Shown: positions 56,585-64,000 of the stretch, one piece after another
Numbering within the stretch: position 1 is the first letter of the stretch
Layout: every line of letters starts with the position of its first letter
NCBI GenBank assembly: GCA_964414295.1
Contig: CAYPVU010000046.1
Span: 2,767 to 66,766, forward strand
Source: an uncultured Candidatus Saccharibacteria bacterium
GTDB taxonomy: Bacteria; Patescibacteriota; Dojkabacteria; J137
DNA length: 64,000 nucleotides
Direction of reading: 5' to 3'
Program-made: the position numbers and the translations under genes
Notes under the pieces: generated by a model
Databases searched by the model: none
Told to the model about the DNA's origin: nothing
What the model saw: the letters and a program-made list of their open reading frames with translations, nothing else

Positions 56585-57091
56585 TTATCTTTCTCTATCT
56601 TTTACAGATCCTCCGCCTCTAACTCTATTTTCAGCAGCTTGTTCTTTCTTAACTCTTTCTTCTAATTTATCTAAGGACTCTATAATCTTACCTAGTTTTT
56701 CTAAATTAGCTGTATAAGATCTATCTTCAGGAGAAGATCTTTTAAAATAGTTAGATAATTTTTCAACAGCAAGTTTTGCTGAGTTTAACATTCTTAGTGT
56801 AGGAGTTTCTTGTAAAGCATAATACTTTTTAGCAGCATCAGAAATTAAATTATCAGGTTTCCATTTAGAATCTTTTATAAAATCTTCTATTATTTTAGAT
56901 TCTCTTATATCTTCAGGATAAGCTTGATAAGCAGATTTAAAATCAACTAGCATATAAATATAAGTTAGTTCTTTAAATGCTTGTTCTTTATCTTTAGATT
57001 TATCTCTATCCCAAATTGCTTTAAATTCAGGTATAACTAATTTATCAGGATCTATTACTACTTTATTACTTTTAAAATTAAATATACTCAT
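56585..57091 (-). CDS. putative terminase small subunit
   Basis: 168-aa helical protein immediately upstream of terL. Assignment is by position only. Confidence 0.3.
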   Translation of the reverse strand: MSIFNFKSNKVVIDPDKLVIPEFKAIWDRDKSKDKEQAFKELTYIYMLVDFKSAYQAYPEDIRESKIIEDFIKDSKWKPDNLISDAAKKYYALQETPTLRMLNSAKLAVEKLSNYFKRSSPEDRSYTANLEKLGKIIESLDKLEERVKKEQAAENRVRGGGSVKDRER

Positions 57092-57092
57092 A

Positions 57093-57308
57093 CTACACAG
57101 TAATACTATCTATCATTTTAACTAACTTCTCAATTACTATCTTACGATTATCAGCTTCTAGTATAGGTTTTCTAATAACTCCTACAAAATGTTTTTTACC
57201 AATTTCTTCAGGATTACTTTCAAATTGTGGTTCATCAATCATCATTGCTAAAGCTTTAACTACAGCCTCTATCTCTTGTGCTTTATTACTTTCCATACTT
57301 AAATCCAT
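57093..57308 (-). CDS. hypothetical small protein
   Basis: 71-aa ORF. Confidence 0.3.
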   Translation of the reverse strand: MDLSMESNKAQEIEAVVKALAMMIDEPQFESNPEEIGKKHFVGVIRKPILEADNRKIVIEKLVKMIDSITV

Positions 57309-57561
57309 TTATTTTTATATCTAATTTTAATTTACTTAACTTATTATAGTTTCCTAAAACTACTTTATATCCCTCATCTCTATGATAAACTATACATCTA
57401 TTTTTATGTATTTTTCCTTTGGAATTATAACTTTCAGTTATAGATCTAATATCATCAAGATCTACTAACCACCTAGTAGTTAAATTGAGTTTAACTATTT
57501 TAGGATTCTCAGGATCATTGTTGTATAGATTACCTATAACTCTAAATTCATGTTGAGACAT
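57286..57561 (-). CDS. hypothetical small protein
   Basis: 91-aa ORF. Confidence 0.3.
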   Translation of the reverse strand: MSQHEFRVIGNLYNNDPENPKIVKLNLTTRWLVDLDDIRSITESYNSKGKIHKNRCIVYHRDEGYKVVLGNYNKLSKLKLDIKINGFKYGK

Positions 57562-57562
57562 A

Positions 57563-57763
57563 TTACCATTTATTTAAAGGACATTTTTTATCAATACTTC
57601 TTATAGCAGCTATAATAGGACATCCACAAGCAGTACATATACCTAATTTATTCTTAGGGCATTTAGAACATTCTTTAGCTCTATTAAGAGCTAGTTCTTC
57701 TGATTCTTTAGTTGGGAATATTATATTCTTCCAACCATCTATAATATTACTTATCTCTTCCAA
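57563..57763 (-). CDS. Cys-rich zinc-ribbon small protein
   Basis: CSKCPKNKLGICTACGCPIIAAIRSIDKKCP: CxxC ... CxxC ... C spacing. Confidence 0.35.
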   Translation of the reverse strand: MEEISNIIDGWKNIIFPTKESEELALNRAKECSKCPKNKLGICTACGCPIIAAIRSIDKKCPLNKW

Positions 57764-57953
57764 GTTCTATATCTCTAAGTTTCTTTCTATTTTTCTTAAC
57801 TCCAAATATACCTAAATGTATTGCTCTAAAAGATTCATATTTTCCAGATTCCATAGCAAGCTTAATCATCTTATATTGAGAGTTAATAACTCTTTCTACA
57901 TCACTCTTAGGAATATTTAATCTAAGAGATACTTCTCTAATCACTTTATCCAT
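57747..57953 (-). CDS. HU/IHF-like small DNA-binding protein (tentative)
   Basis: 68 aa; the layout DKVIREVSLRLNIPKSDVERVINSQYKMIKLAMESGKYESFRAIHLGIFGVKKNRKK resembles the HU helix-helix-beta-arm pattern. Confidence 0.3.
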   Translation of the reverse strand: MDKVIREVSLRLNIPKSDVERVINSQYKMIKLAMESGKYESFRAIHLGIFGVKKNRKKLRDIELGRDK

Positions 57954-58315
57954 TATTTCTCAAGTTTAAGTTTATAAGTAATATTTAAAACATTATCCTT
58001 TTCATCAGGATACTTTAAAAGATGTTTAACTATTTTATTATCATTAGTTAATATTCTTTTACTTCTAAGACTAGTAAGATGATTATTAAAAGAAGGTTCA
58101 CTCATTTTAATAGACATATACATTGCTTTTCTTGCACTAGCAGAAAAGATAAGATTAAATAACTTATCTTCATCTAGGTGTCTATTTGCATAACATAGAG
58201 TAAGAATAGTACTTAGTACTTCTACTTCTCTTTTCTTTAAATTTAAAATAGGATTTAAAGCATTTACATATGCTTTATAAAACTTTTTAATATCTACATT
58301 AACAGGTATTATCAT
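57953..58315 (-). CDS. hypothetical protein (first gene of the leftward late operon)
   Basis: 120-aa ORF whose start abuts the ORF-free island. Confidence 0.3.
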   Translation of the reverse strand: MIIPVNVDIKKFYKAYVNALNPILNLKKREVEVLSTILTLCYANRHLDEDKLFNLIFSASARKAMYMSIKMSEPSFNNHLTSLRSKRILTNDNKIVKHLLKYPDEKDNVLNITYKLKLEK

Positions 58316-58860
58316 ATCTAATCTACACTATTATAATCTACTTCTCTTCAGTTAATACCTAAAAAAGGGTAATAATCTTACGGGACTACTACCCTTAGTG
58401 TTAGTTTCATTTTAAACTGTAGTATACTAAATACTTTTGTTTATAAGAGGATTTACTAACCTAGTATCTTAATATATATTTTAGAGCATAGCATTGGCTG
58501 ACTCCATTTTAAAGTAACTAATCCTACCTATCTCTACTTCTAACTATCTAATTACTTCCCATAACTACATAGCAAAGTTTACCCCTAGTTAAGGATCTTA
58601 CTTAATACTTTTGGATTTCCTTAGTTTAATTTGCGTCTGGCTTTCGCTGTACCTACTGGGGTAGTTTTACCTACTATTGTTTCCCCACTATTAAACTTTG
58701 TTCATCCAAGGATCTATCTCTCTATTTGAGAGGAGTACTTATCTCCTTTGTTAGACCTCTAACCTAACCCTTGCTAAAGATTAGTCCCCTTAAAGGTGAA
58801 TAACAATGCAAAGATAAAACAAATATCTGACATTTCCAAATAATTTAGCAATTATTTTTA
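58316..58860. other. GC-richer ~550-bp ORF-free island, pyrimidine-rich on + strand, at the left edge of the gap between the leftward late operon and the rightward + genes (the rest of the gap, 58861..59020, is AT-rich); candidate structured ncRNA or origin
   Basis: No ORF >=60 aa in any frame. Composition is clearly less AT-rich than the flanks. Local hairpins are present, e.g. GGGTA-18nt-TACCC and GGGG/CCCC pairs; TACCTACT occurs twice. Confidence 0.35.
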
Positions 58861-59020
58861 TAAGTTTTTTATAACTATCTGAAAATCAATAAAAAATTTT
58901 TTTATAAAATTTTAAAAATGTAAGTATAAATTTAAACGAGGACCACCCCATTTCCTAACCCCCTCTCAGGCTTGGGCAGGGAAAATCCCTCGCCACTAAT
59001 AACCTAAAAACCATTTTTTT

Positions 59021-59311
59021 ATGAACAAGCAACAATTTATTGCTGCATTAAACGCAGCAGGCGTAGAATTAAAGCAGAGAGTATTTGAAGATACTGTTAT
59101 TGCTAAAACTATTAATTTATTAACTCTTGGATTTGTTAGAAGAGTAAGTAGTACTGGTAAAGCGCAGTACATTCTAACAGAAGATAATAAGGAGTTAATA
59201 ATTAATGTTACTCAGTTCAGAGATAATGATACTTACAAAATCATTAAAAGAACTGCTACAATAGAATACAAATCCATGAAACCAGGACAGTATTTTATTA
59301 TAGGATTATAA
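59021..59311 (+). CDS. hypothetical protein
   Basis: 96-aa ORF preceded by a GC-rich leader and followed by a clean terminator. Confidence 0.35.
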   Translation: MNKQQFIAALNAAGVELKQRVFEDTVIAKTINLLTLGFVRRVSSTGKAQYILTEDNKELIINVTQFRDNDTYKIIKRTATIEYKSMKPGQYFIIGL

Positions 59312-59316
59312 AGATT

Positions 59317-59340
59317 AGAGCCCTAACGGGCTCTTTTCTT
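59317..59340 (+). terminator. rho-independent terminator AGAGCCC-TAAC-GGGCTCT + TTTCTTT
   Basis: Perfect 7-bp GC-rich stem with a tetraloop and a T-run, 6 nt after the stop. Confidence 0.6.
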
Positions 59341-59510
59341 TCGTCTATTTAAGTTATTTAGATATTTATTTAATACATCTATTTAATTATTTAGATATGT
59401 ATTTAATTGAGTATTAAAGACTTAGGATTTAGATTTAATATTTAGATTTAGGTCTTTATACACCTAACCAAACAAATAACCATATTTACAATTATCTATA
59501 TTTACAATAC
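59341..59510. repeat. iteron-like direct repeats (TTATTTAGATAT x2, ATTTAGATTTA x2, TATTTAAT x3, ATATTTACAAT x2)
   Basis: Seen directly: 59355-59366 and 59388-59399; 59427-59437 and 59440-59450; 59483-59493 and 59498-59509. Confidence 0.45.
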
Positions 59511-59559
59511 TAATGTAAATTATATAGCTTATATTATTATGTTAACTATAATTAATGGT

Positions 59560-59960
59560 TGTCTTACTTATATTGAGTGGACAACTAATCCTAATGGCTA
59601 ATTAGGATTGCTATAGGTTTATACTTGTACCTGGCAGAAATAAAAACAAGTATTTAATTTAATGCACCACAACTCACTTCCCAAGGGTGAGCAGTTGTAA
59701 TATTCATCTCGGCTCCTATAAATAATAAGTTATTAGAGATGATTACTGTGCACAAGTAGAAGACCTAAATCAGATAGTCCTCGAAGATTATCATGAAGGA
59801 GTGGCTCTATTACAACTGAGTGCAGAGAGAATACTCTCATCCAAACAGGTATATTACCAATCTATAAGAAGCAGGTGTAACAGTAAGGTTACTGTCTTAT
59901 AAGGAGATATATATCAAGGTTTGCAACCTTGTGAGAGTCAAATTATCTTTAATATTAACT
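59560..59960. other. hairpin-dense non-coding stretch (candidate structured RNA / leader)
   Basis: Several perfect stems within 400 nt: GTTGTC-16nt-GACAAC, CCTAAT-GGCTA-ATTAGG, CAACTCAC...GTGAGcAGTTG, GAGAG-AATA-CTCTC, CAGTAA-GG-TTACTG, CAAGGTT-TGCA-AACCTTG. No ORF. Confidence 0.3.
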
Positions 59961-59997
59961 TAACAACAACAGACATGTTGTAAAATATGTAAAAAAT

Positions 59998-60249
59998 ATG
60001 AAAACATTAGACATGTTACAATCATTTGTAAGAAAAGAAGTTTCTATGAATGATTTAAGTTATTTGACCAAATGGCTTATGGTCGATTATCAAAATATTA
60101 CATTAATAGAATATATTAATAAAATCAACGAATTTTTATCAATAGATTTTTTTGATACTCCAAAAAAAATAAAAAGTGTTGTTGAATATTATCAACAATA
60201 TATAGAAGCAGAATTAAACTCATTAGAAAATCAATCTTATGAAGGATAG
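59998..60249 (+). CDS. hypothetical protein
   Basis: 83-aa ORF. Confidence 0.3.
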   Translation: MKTLDMLQSFVRKEVSMNDLSYLTKWLMVDYQNITLIEYINKINEFLSIDFFDTPKKIKSVVEYYQQYIEAELNSLENQSYEG

Positions 60250-60604
60250 TTCATCTATTAAAAAATTCGTATGTTAAATTGGTGTCCATATTATCTACGG
60301 ACACCAATTTCTTTGATAATAGATGATAAGTTTCTACTACGAAAGTTGTAGTTTTAATAATCATTACTATTGCAATAGTATCAGAAGCAAAGAGTATTCA
60401 TTGAAGAATATAAACAAAAAACTATGCGCTGAATATTATCAAAGTTTTATTAATATTAACCTTAAAACTATATAATATGAATGCACTACAAGAACTAATA
60501 CTCTATACAATAATATGTATAGGATTTCTATCATTACTCATTGTATTATACAATATAGATAATAATGATAACAATAATTTAACATAACCATTAATATAGC
60601 TAAT

Positions 60605-60904
60605 ATGAAAATATCTATAGAATTTGCAATTAGTATTATACTTATATTACTATTTGCAGCTATGCCATTTATATATAGTATGTATCTATTAGCTGAACGT
60701 TATTTAAAACGTTCTATTAGATATCGTAAAGCTATTAAATGGCGTAAACGTCATAAACAACTAATAGGTGATAAAAATTATATTTATTCACCTAATAAGA
60801 TTAAATCTATATATCCTGAGAGTAGGATAGATTTCAATACATATCAAAAATACCTAAAAACAACAAACAATGAACACTCAAAAAGCATTTCATTTGGTAA
60901 ATAG
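60605..60904 (+). CDS. small membrane protein
   Basis: N-terminal TM helix ISIEFAISIILILLFAAMPFIYSMYLLA followed by a basic region. Confidence 0.35.
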   Translation: MKISIEFAISIILILLFAAMPFIYSMYLLAERYLKRSIRYRKAIKWRKRHKQLIGDKNYIYSPNKIKSIYPESRIDFNTYQKYLKTTNNEHSKSISFGK

Positions 60905-61154
60905 AACTAAAATGTTCTGGCAACCAAAAGATAAAAGATCAATACAATTGAAATATATTGAAGATGATCATTTATCTAAAATAGAAACAATCATTAAAAC
61001 TAAACCTGTATCTTCTAATTTTAATGGCTTTAGTCAACAAGTTTGGTTAACTGCAATTAGATTAGAAAAAGAATACAGAAAAGAACTAATAAACAATGTT
61101 TTAGATAAAGTAGTCGGAAAAGATTACTCTAAAAGAAAGTTTTTAGTTATTTAA
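60870..61154 (+). CDS. hypothetical protein
   Basis: 94-aa ORF. Confidence 0.3.
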   Translation: MNTQKAFHLVNRTKMFWQPKDKRSIQLKYIEDDHLSKIETIIKTKPVSSNFNGFSQQVWLTAIRLEKEYRKELINNVLDKVVGKDYSKRKFLVI

Positions 61155-61194
61155 AGATATCAAGTTTTCATAGACTTGGTTTTTAGGTTAATAT

Positions 61195-61228
61195 GGGTAG
61201 TAGGAGTGGTTTCCTACTATCCTTTTAA
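61195..61228 (+). terminator. rho-independent terminator GGGTAGTAGGA-GTGGTT-TCCTACTATCC + TTTTAAT
   Basis: About 10-bp stem with one bulge, followed by a T-run, 40 nt after the stop at 61154. Confidence 0.5.
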
Positions 61229-61387
61229 TGTCACTATTAAATATATAATGTAATCTAACTAAAGCGGTTAGCTATATATACTATAAGATTATAACTTATA
61301 TGTTTAATAAAGGTCCAAAGTCCTTGTAAAGTACAGATGGGAAAAACAATAAATTAATCTATTTTTAAACAATTAAAACTTAAAGTT

Positions 61388-61966
61388 ATGACAAAGTTAG
61401 TTAAAGTATCTAGAACAAAAAATGGTGCATTACAAGCAGAATTTGCTGCACAAATCTTAAAACCAAACAGTAACAATAATGCATTAGCATTATTAAATCT
61501 AGGTGATGACAGATTTAAACAAGCTTCTGAAAGAAGAGCTTGGATGACTGTATCAGCTTTAGCAATGCAAACTTATTTTGGTATAGATGTATCAAATCTA
61601 CAAAATGAGCAAAGTATTGAAATTAATCTTGATAATCCTAAAGTAAATGGTAATCCTTTGAATGTACAAATTCAAGAATTTACTCAAAAGGAAATTCAAG
61701 ATAGAATTGCAAAAACTACTTCTAATGGAGTAAAATCATCTTTACAGTATTTACTTGATAATGCTCTTAAAACAGCTAAACAAGTTAAAACTGAAGAAGG
61801 TACTAAATACTTCATTAAAGATGGAGGTTTTATCTTCTCAATTTCTACTGTTGTAGTAGGAGAAGCCCAACATAAATTTATTACTGATGCTACTATGGTA
61901 GCTGAAAGTACTCTTGTTAATGAAAGTGCTACTGCACAAGCTGCAAGTGTTAATTTAGTTGGATAA
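61388..61966 (+). CDS. hypothetical protein
   Basis: 192-aa ORF with a clean ATG. Confidence 0.35.
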   Translation: MTKLVKVSRTKNGALQAEFAAQILKPNSNNNALALLNLGDDRFKQASERRAWMTVSALAMQTYFGIDVSNLQNEQSIEINLDNPKVNGNPLNVQIQEFTQKEIQDRIAKTTSNGVKSSLQYLLDNALKTAKQVKTEEGTKYFIKDGGFIFSISTVVVGEAQHKFITDATMVAESTLVNESATAQAASVNLVG

Positions 61967-62112
61967 TCAATTAAATAATAATTTAAACATTTTAAAGGGA
62001 GTAGGGTAAAACCTACTCTCTTTTTACATTAATCTTAAAACTATAGTCATGACTCCTTATTGTAATTATCTCATGACTATATCATTAATAGTGGTATAAA
62101 AAGTATTAAATA

Positions 62113-62331
62113 ATGACTAAAATCAATAAAAAGTATCCTAATGCAATCTTAGTAGATTGCGAGGGTGGTAGAAAGCTCTATAATAATAATGGTAATTTAA
62201 TTGAATGTGATATAAATAATAATATTATATTAGAATTAGGTGAACCATCTAAATTAGAGAAACAATTATTAAATGACTTTAAAGAACTATTAGAAGAACT
62301 TAAAAATCCTGAAGAAGATGGGAACTCTTAG
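62113..62331 (+). CDS. hypothetical small protein
   Basis: 72-aa ORF. Confidence 0.3.
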   Translation: MTKINKKYPNAILVDCEGGRKLYNNNGNLIECDINNNIILELGEPSKLEKQLLNDFKELLEELKNPEEDGNS

Positions 62332-62501
62332 AATAATATGTAAAGATGGTAGTATTAGAAGAATAAATTTCTCTAATGCTGTTAAATACGATTTAAAAGG
62401 TAATAAATTAACTCAATATGAAGTTAATAAAAATTTAATTAAATCTGCTAATTCAGTTGAACCTGATAATCAGAAAGTAGAAATTATCTATAATTAATAT
62501 T

Positions 62502-62801
62502 ATGAGTAAAACAATTAGTTTAGATCCTACTAGACTTGAAGGAGAATCCTTTGAAGACTACAAAAAAAGAAGAGCTTTAGTTAATAAAGCTATTAAACAT
62601 TATAAAAGAGGAACTGTTGTTCATCCTGCATTAATTTATGTACCTAAAAGAACTAAAACTGAAAATGGTACAGATGAAGTAATGTATGATGAAAAAGGTG
62701 AAATTATATATGATGTATATAAAAATAAACCGTATGTAAAAGAGAAAACTGAAAAAGTTGTAGAAAAAACAGAACAATCAGAAGAAAAACCAAAAGAATA
62801 A
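62502..62801 (+). CDS. hypothetical protein
   Basis: 99-aa ORF, Lys/Glu-rich. Confidence 0.3.
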   Translation: MSKTISLDPTRLEGESFEDYKKRRALVNKAIKHYKRGTVVHPALIYVPKRTKTENGTDEVMYDEKGEIIYDVYKNKPYVKEKTEKVVEKTEQSEEKPKE

Positions 62802-62802
62802 T

Positions 62803-63213
62803 TTGAAAAAACTATTATTAATTGCTATAGCATTACTAGGTAGTGCTATGGCACAAGTTTATATTCCTTTAGGCTTGTCCAAAACAGAGCTTTATGAAGC
62901 TTATACTAAGGAAGAAATAAAAGTAATTGAAAGTACTAAAGATATATTTTATGTAATAGATAATAAATCTATTAGACATCTTTATACATTTCAGAATAAT
63001 ATCGTAGCTAAATATTGTACTATATTTAACTTATCTGATATTAATCCTCAAGCTGTACCTAAGTTCTTAGATGAAAAGTTATACAGATTAGATAAAGATT
63101 TAATGGTATGGTTTGAAACTGAATCTCCTAAAAAATCTAAATATATGATTAGTTATGTATTAGATTATGAAACTGATACAGCTATTATTATATATAATAT
63201 AAATCCTAAATAA
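62803..63213 (+). CDS. secreted protein (signal peptide)
   Basis: MKKLLLIAIALLGSAMAQ signal peptide. Confidence 0.4.
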   Translation: MKKLLLIAIALLGSAMAQVYIPLGLSKTELYEAYTKEEIKVIESTKDIFYVIDNKSIRHLYTFQNNIVAKYCTIFNLSDINPQAVPKFLDEKLYRLDKDLMVWFETESPKKSKYMISYVLDYETDTAIIIYNINPK

Positions 63214-63221
63214 TATCTAAT

Positions 63222-63611
63222 ATGAAAAAGTTCATCTTATTGAGTATTATGATTATTTCTGCTATAGTAGGAATATCACAGAATTTAAAAATCAAATCTG
63301 ATATAATTGATGCTAAAGGTAATTATATAGAATCTAAAGTATTTCTATACGAAAGAGATAGTTTAATTCTTCAAAAAGAAACTAGCAGCTTTAATTATAA
63401 ATTAGATTTAAATAAAGAATACTTTCTTGTTATAGAGAGTATATCTAATCCAGGTTTAACTAAAATAATTAATTTTAATACTATTAAAGCTAAATCTGCA
63501 AAACATAAATTTGAATTTGTAGTTATGATGGATGAATCACTCAAAAGTTTTGGAGGATTAGTCTATTATAGTACAAATAAAGACTGTTTTGATTATATTA
63601 TACTTAAATAA
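63222..63611 (+). CDS. secreted protein (signal peptide)
   Basis: MKKFILLSIMIISAIVGISQN signal peptide. Confidence 0.4.
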   Translation: MKKFILLSIMIISAIVGISQNLKIKSDIIDAKGNYIESKVFLYERDSLILQKETSSFNYKLDLNKEYFLVIESISNPGLTKIINFNTIKAKSAKHKFEFVVMMDESLKSFGGLVYYSTNKDCFDYIILK

Positions 63612-64000
63612 AAATCTTGTAATATTTTCTTAAAAAGGGAATGCGTATTTTACGTCACCTAGTTATCTGGAACTAAGAAAATACAAGTGGTGGAGTCCGA
63701 AACCTGTACCAATAGGTTTTTTGGTCCTAATAGAGAGTAGTTGAAATACACTACTCTCTTATTTGATATAATCTAAGTAAAGTATGTACCGAAAGGCTTA
63801 ATTGTGGCAGCATAATAGATTAATATAAGTTAGCTATAGGTACTATACCTATTATGCCTCAACAATAGTAATATTGTTGTAGTAGTTGTTGAGTTACATT
63901 AGTTAAAACTAATAGTTAATAACAACATTGTGCGGAAGAGTGCCTTAATAGGATGATTCCTCTTCAATAATAAACTGGAGTGATTATAAATAACAAAATA

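Noticed and set aside
58316-59020. tRNA gene(s) in the GC-rich ORF-free island
   Set aside because: I searched both strands by eye for GTTCRANYC T-loops and 7-bp acceptor pairings and found none. The island is flagged as an unknown structured element instead.
1-64000. CRISPR array or diversity-generating retroelement
   Set aside because: No regularly spaced direct repeats of CRISPR type and no reverse-transcriptase-like ORF (no YxDD motif protein) anywhere in the window.

Overview
This window looks like the late (virion/lysis) arm of a crAss-like (Crassvirales-type) phage of a Flavobacteriia/Bacteroidota host, flanked by early/replication genes. The DNA is very AT-rich.

Layout:
- Bases 1-8435 (+ strand): replication/recombination module. 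It holds a DnaB-like helicase C-terminal fragment, a Sak4/RecA-like P-loop ATPase, a TOPRIM (DnaG-like) primase, a RusA-like resolvase, a PD-(D/E)XK nuclease, MazG, an AP2-domain protein and a secreted protein with a T9SS C-terminal sorting domain.
- Bases 8535-58315 (- strand): one long late operon, transcribed right to left. Gene order is small DNA-binding proteins, putative TerS, TerL (interrupted by a LAGLIDADG intein), portal, acidic scaffold-like protein, major capsid protein, further structural proteins, a collagen-like fibre, an atypical-GC receptor-binding-like protein, a lysis cassette (holin, M15 endolysin, a GIY-YIG homing endonuclease inserted in it, spanin-like pair), a metallophosphoesterase, tail fibre, two ~800-aa proteins, a 4074-aa giant multidomain protein and a 1539-aa protein.
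- Bases 58316-59020: a markedly GC-richer ~550-bp ORF-free island, then an AT-rich stretch immediately upstream of the + gene starting at 59021.
- Bases 59021-64000 (+ strand): small genes, iteron-like repeats and hairpin-rich non-coding stretches.

Most notable is the 4074-aa ORF. It combines a DFDVD metal-binding motif typical of crAss-like virion RNA polymerases, an HExxH zincin motif, and a clear C-terminal NADAR/YbiA-like domain. This is consistent with an ejected transcription-plus-anti-defence cargo protein.

All calls rest on reading motifs by eye. No database search was possible.
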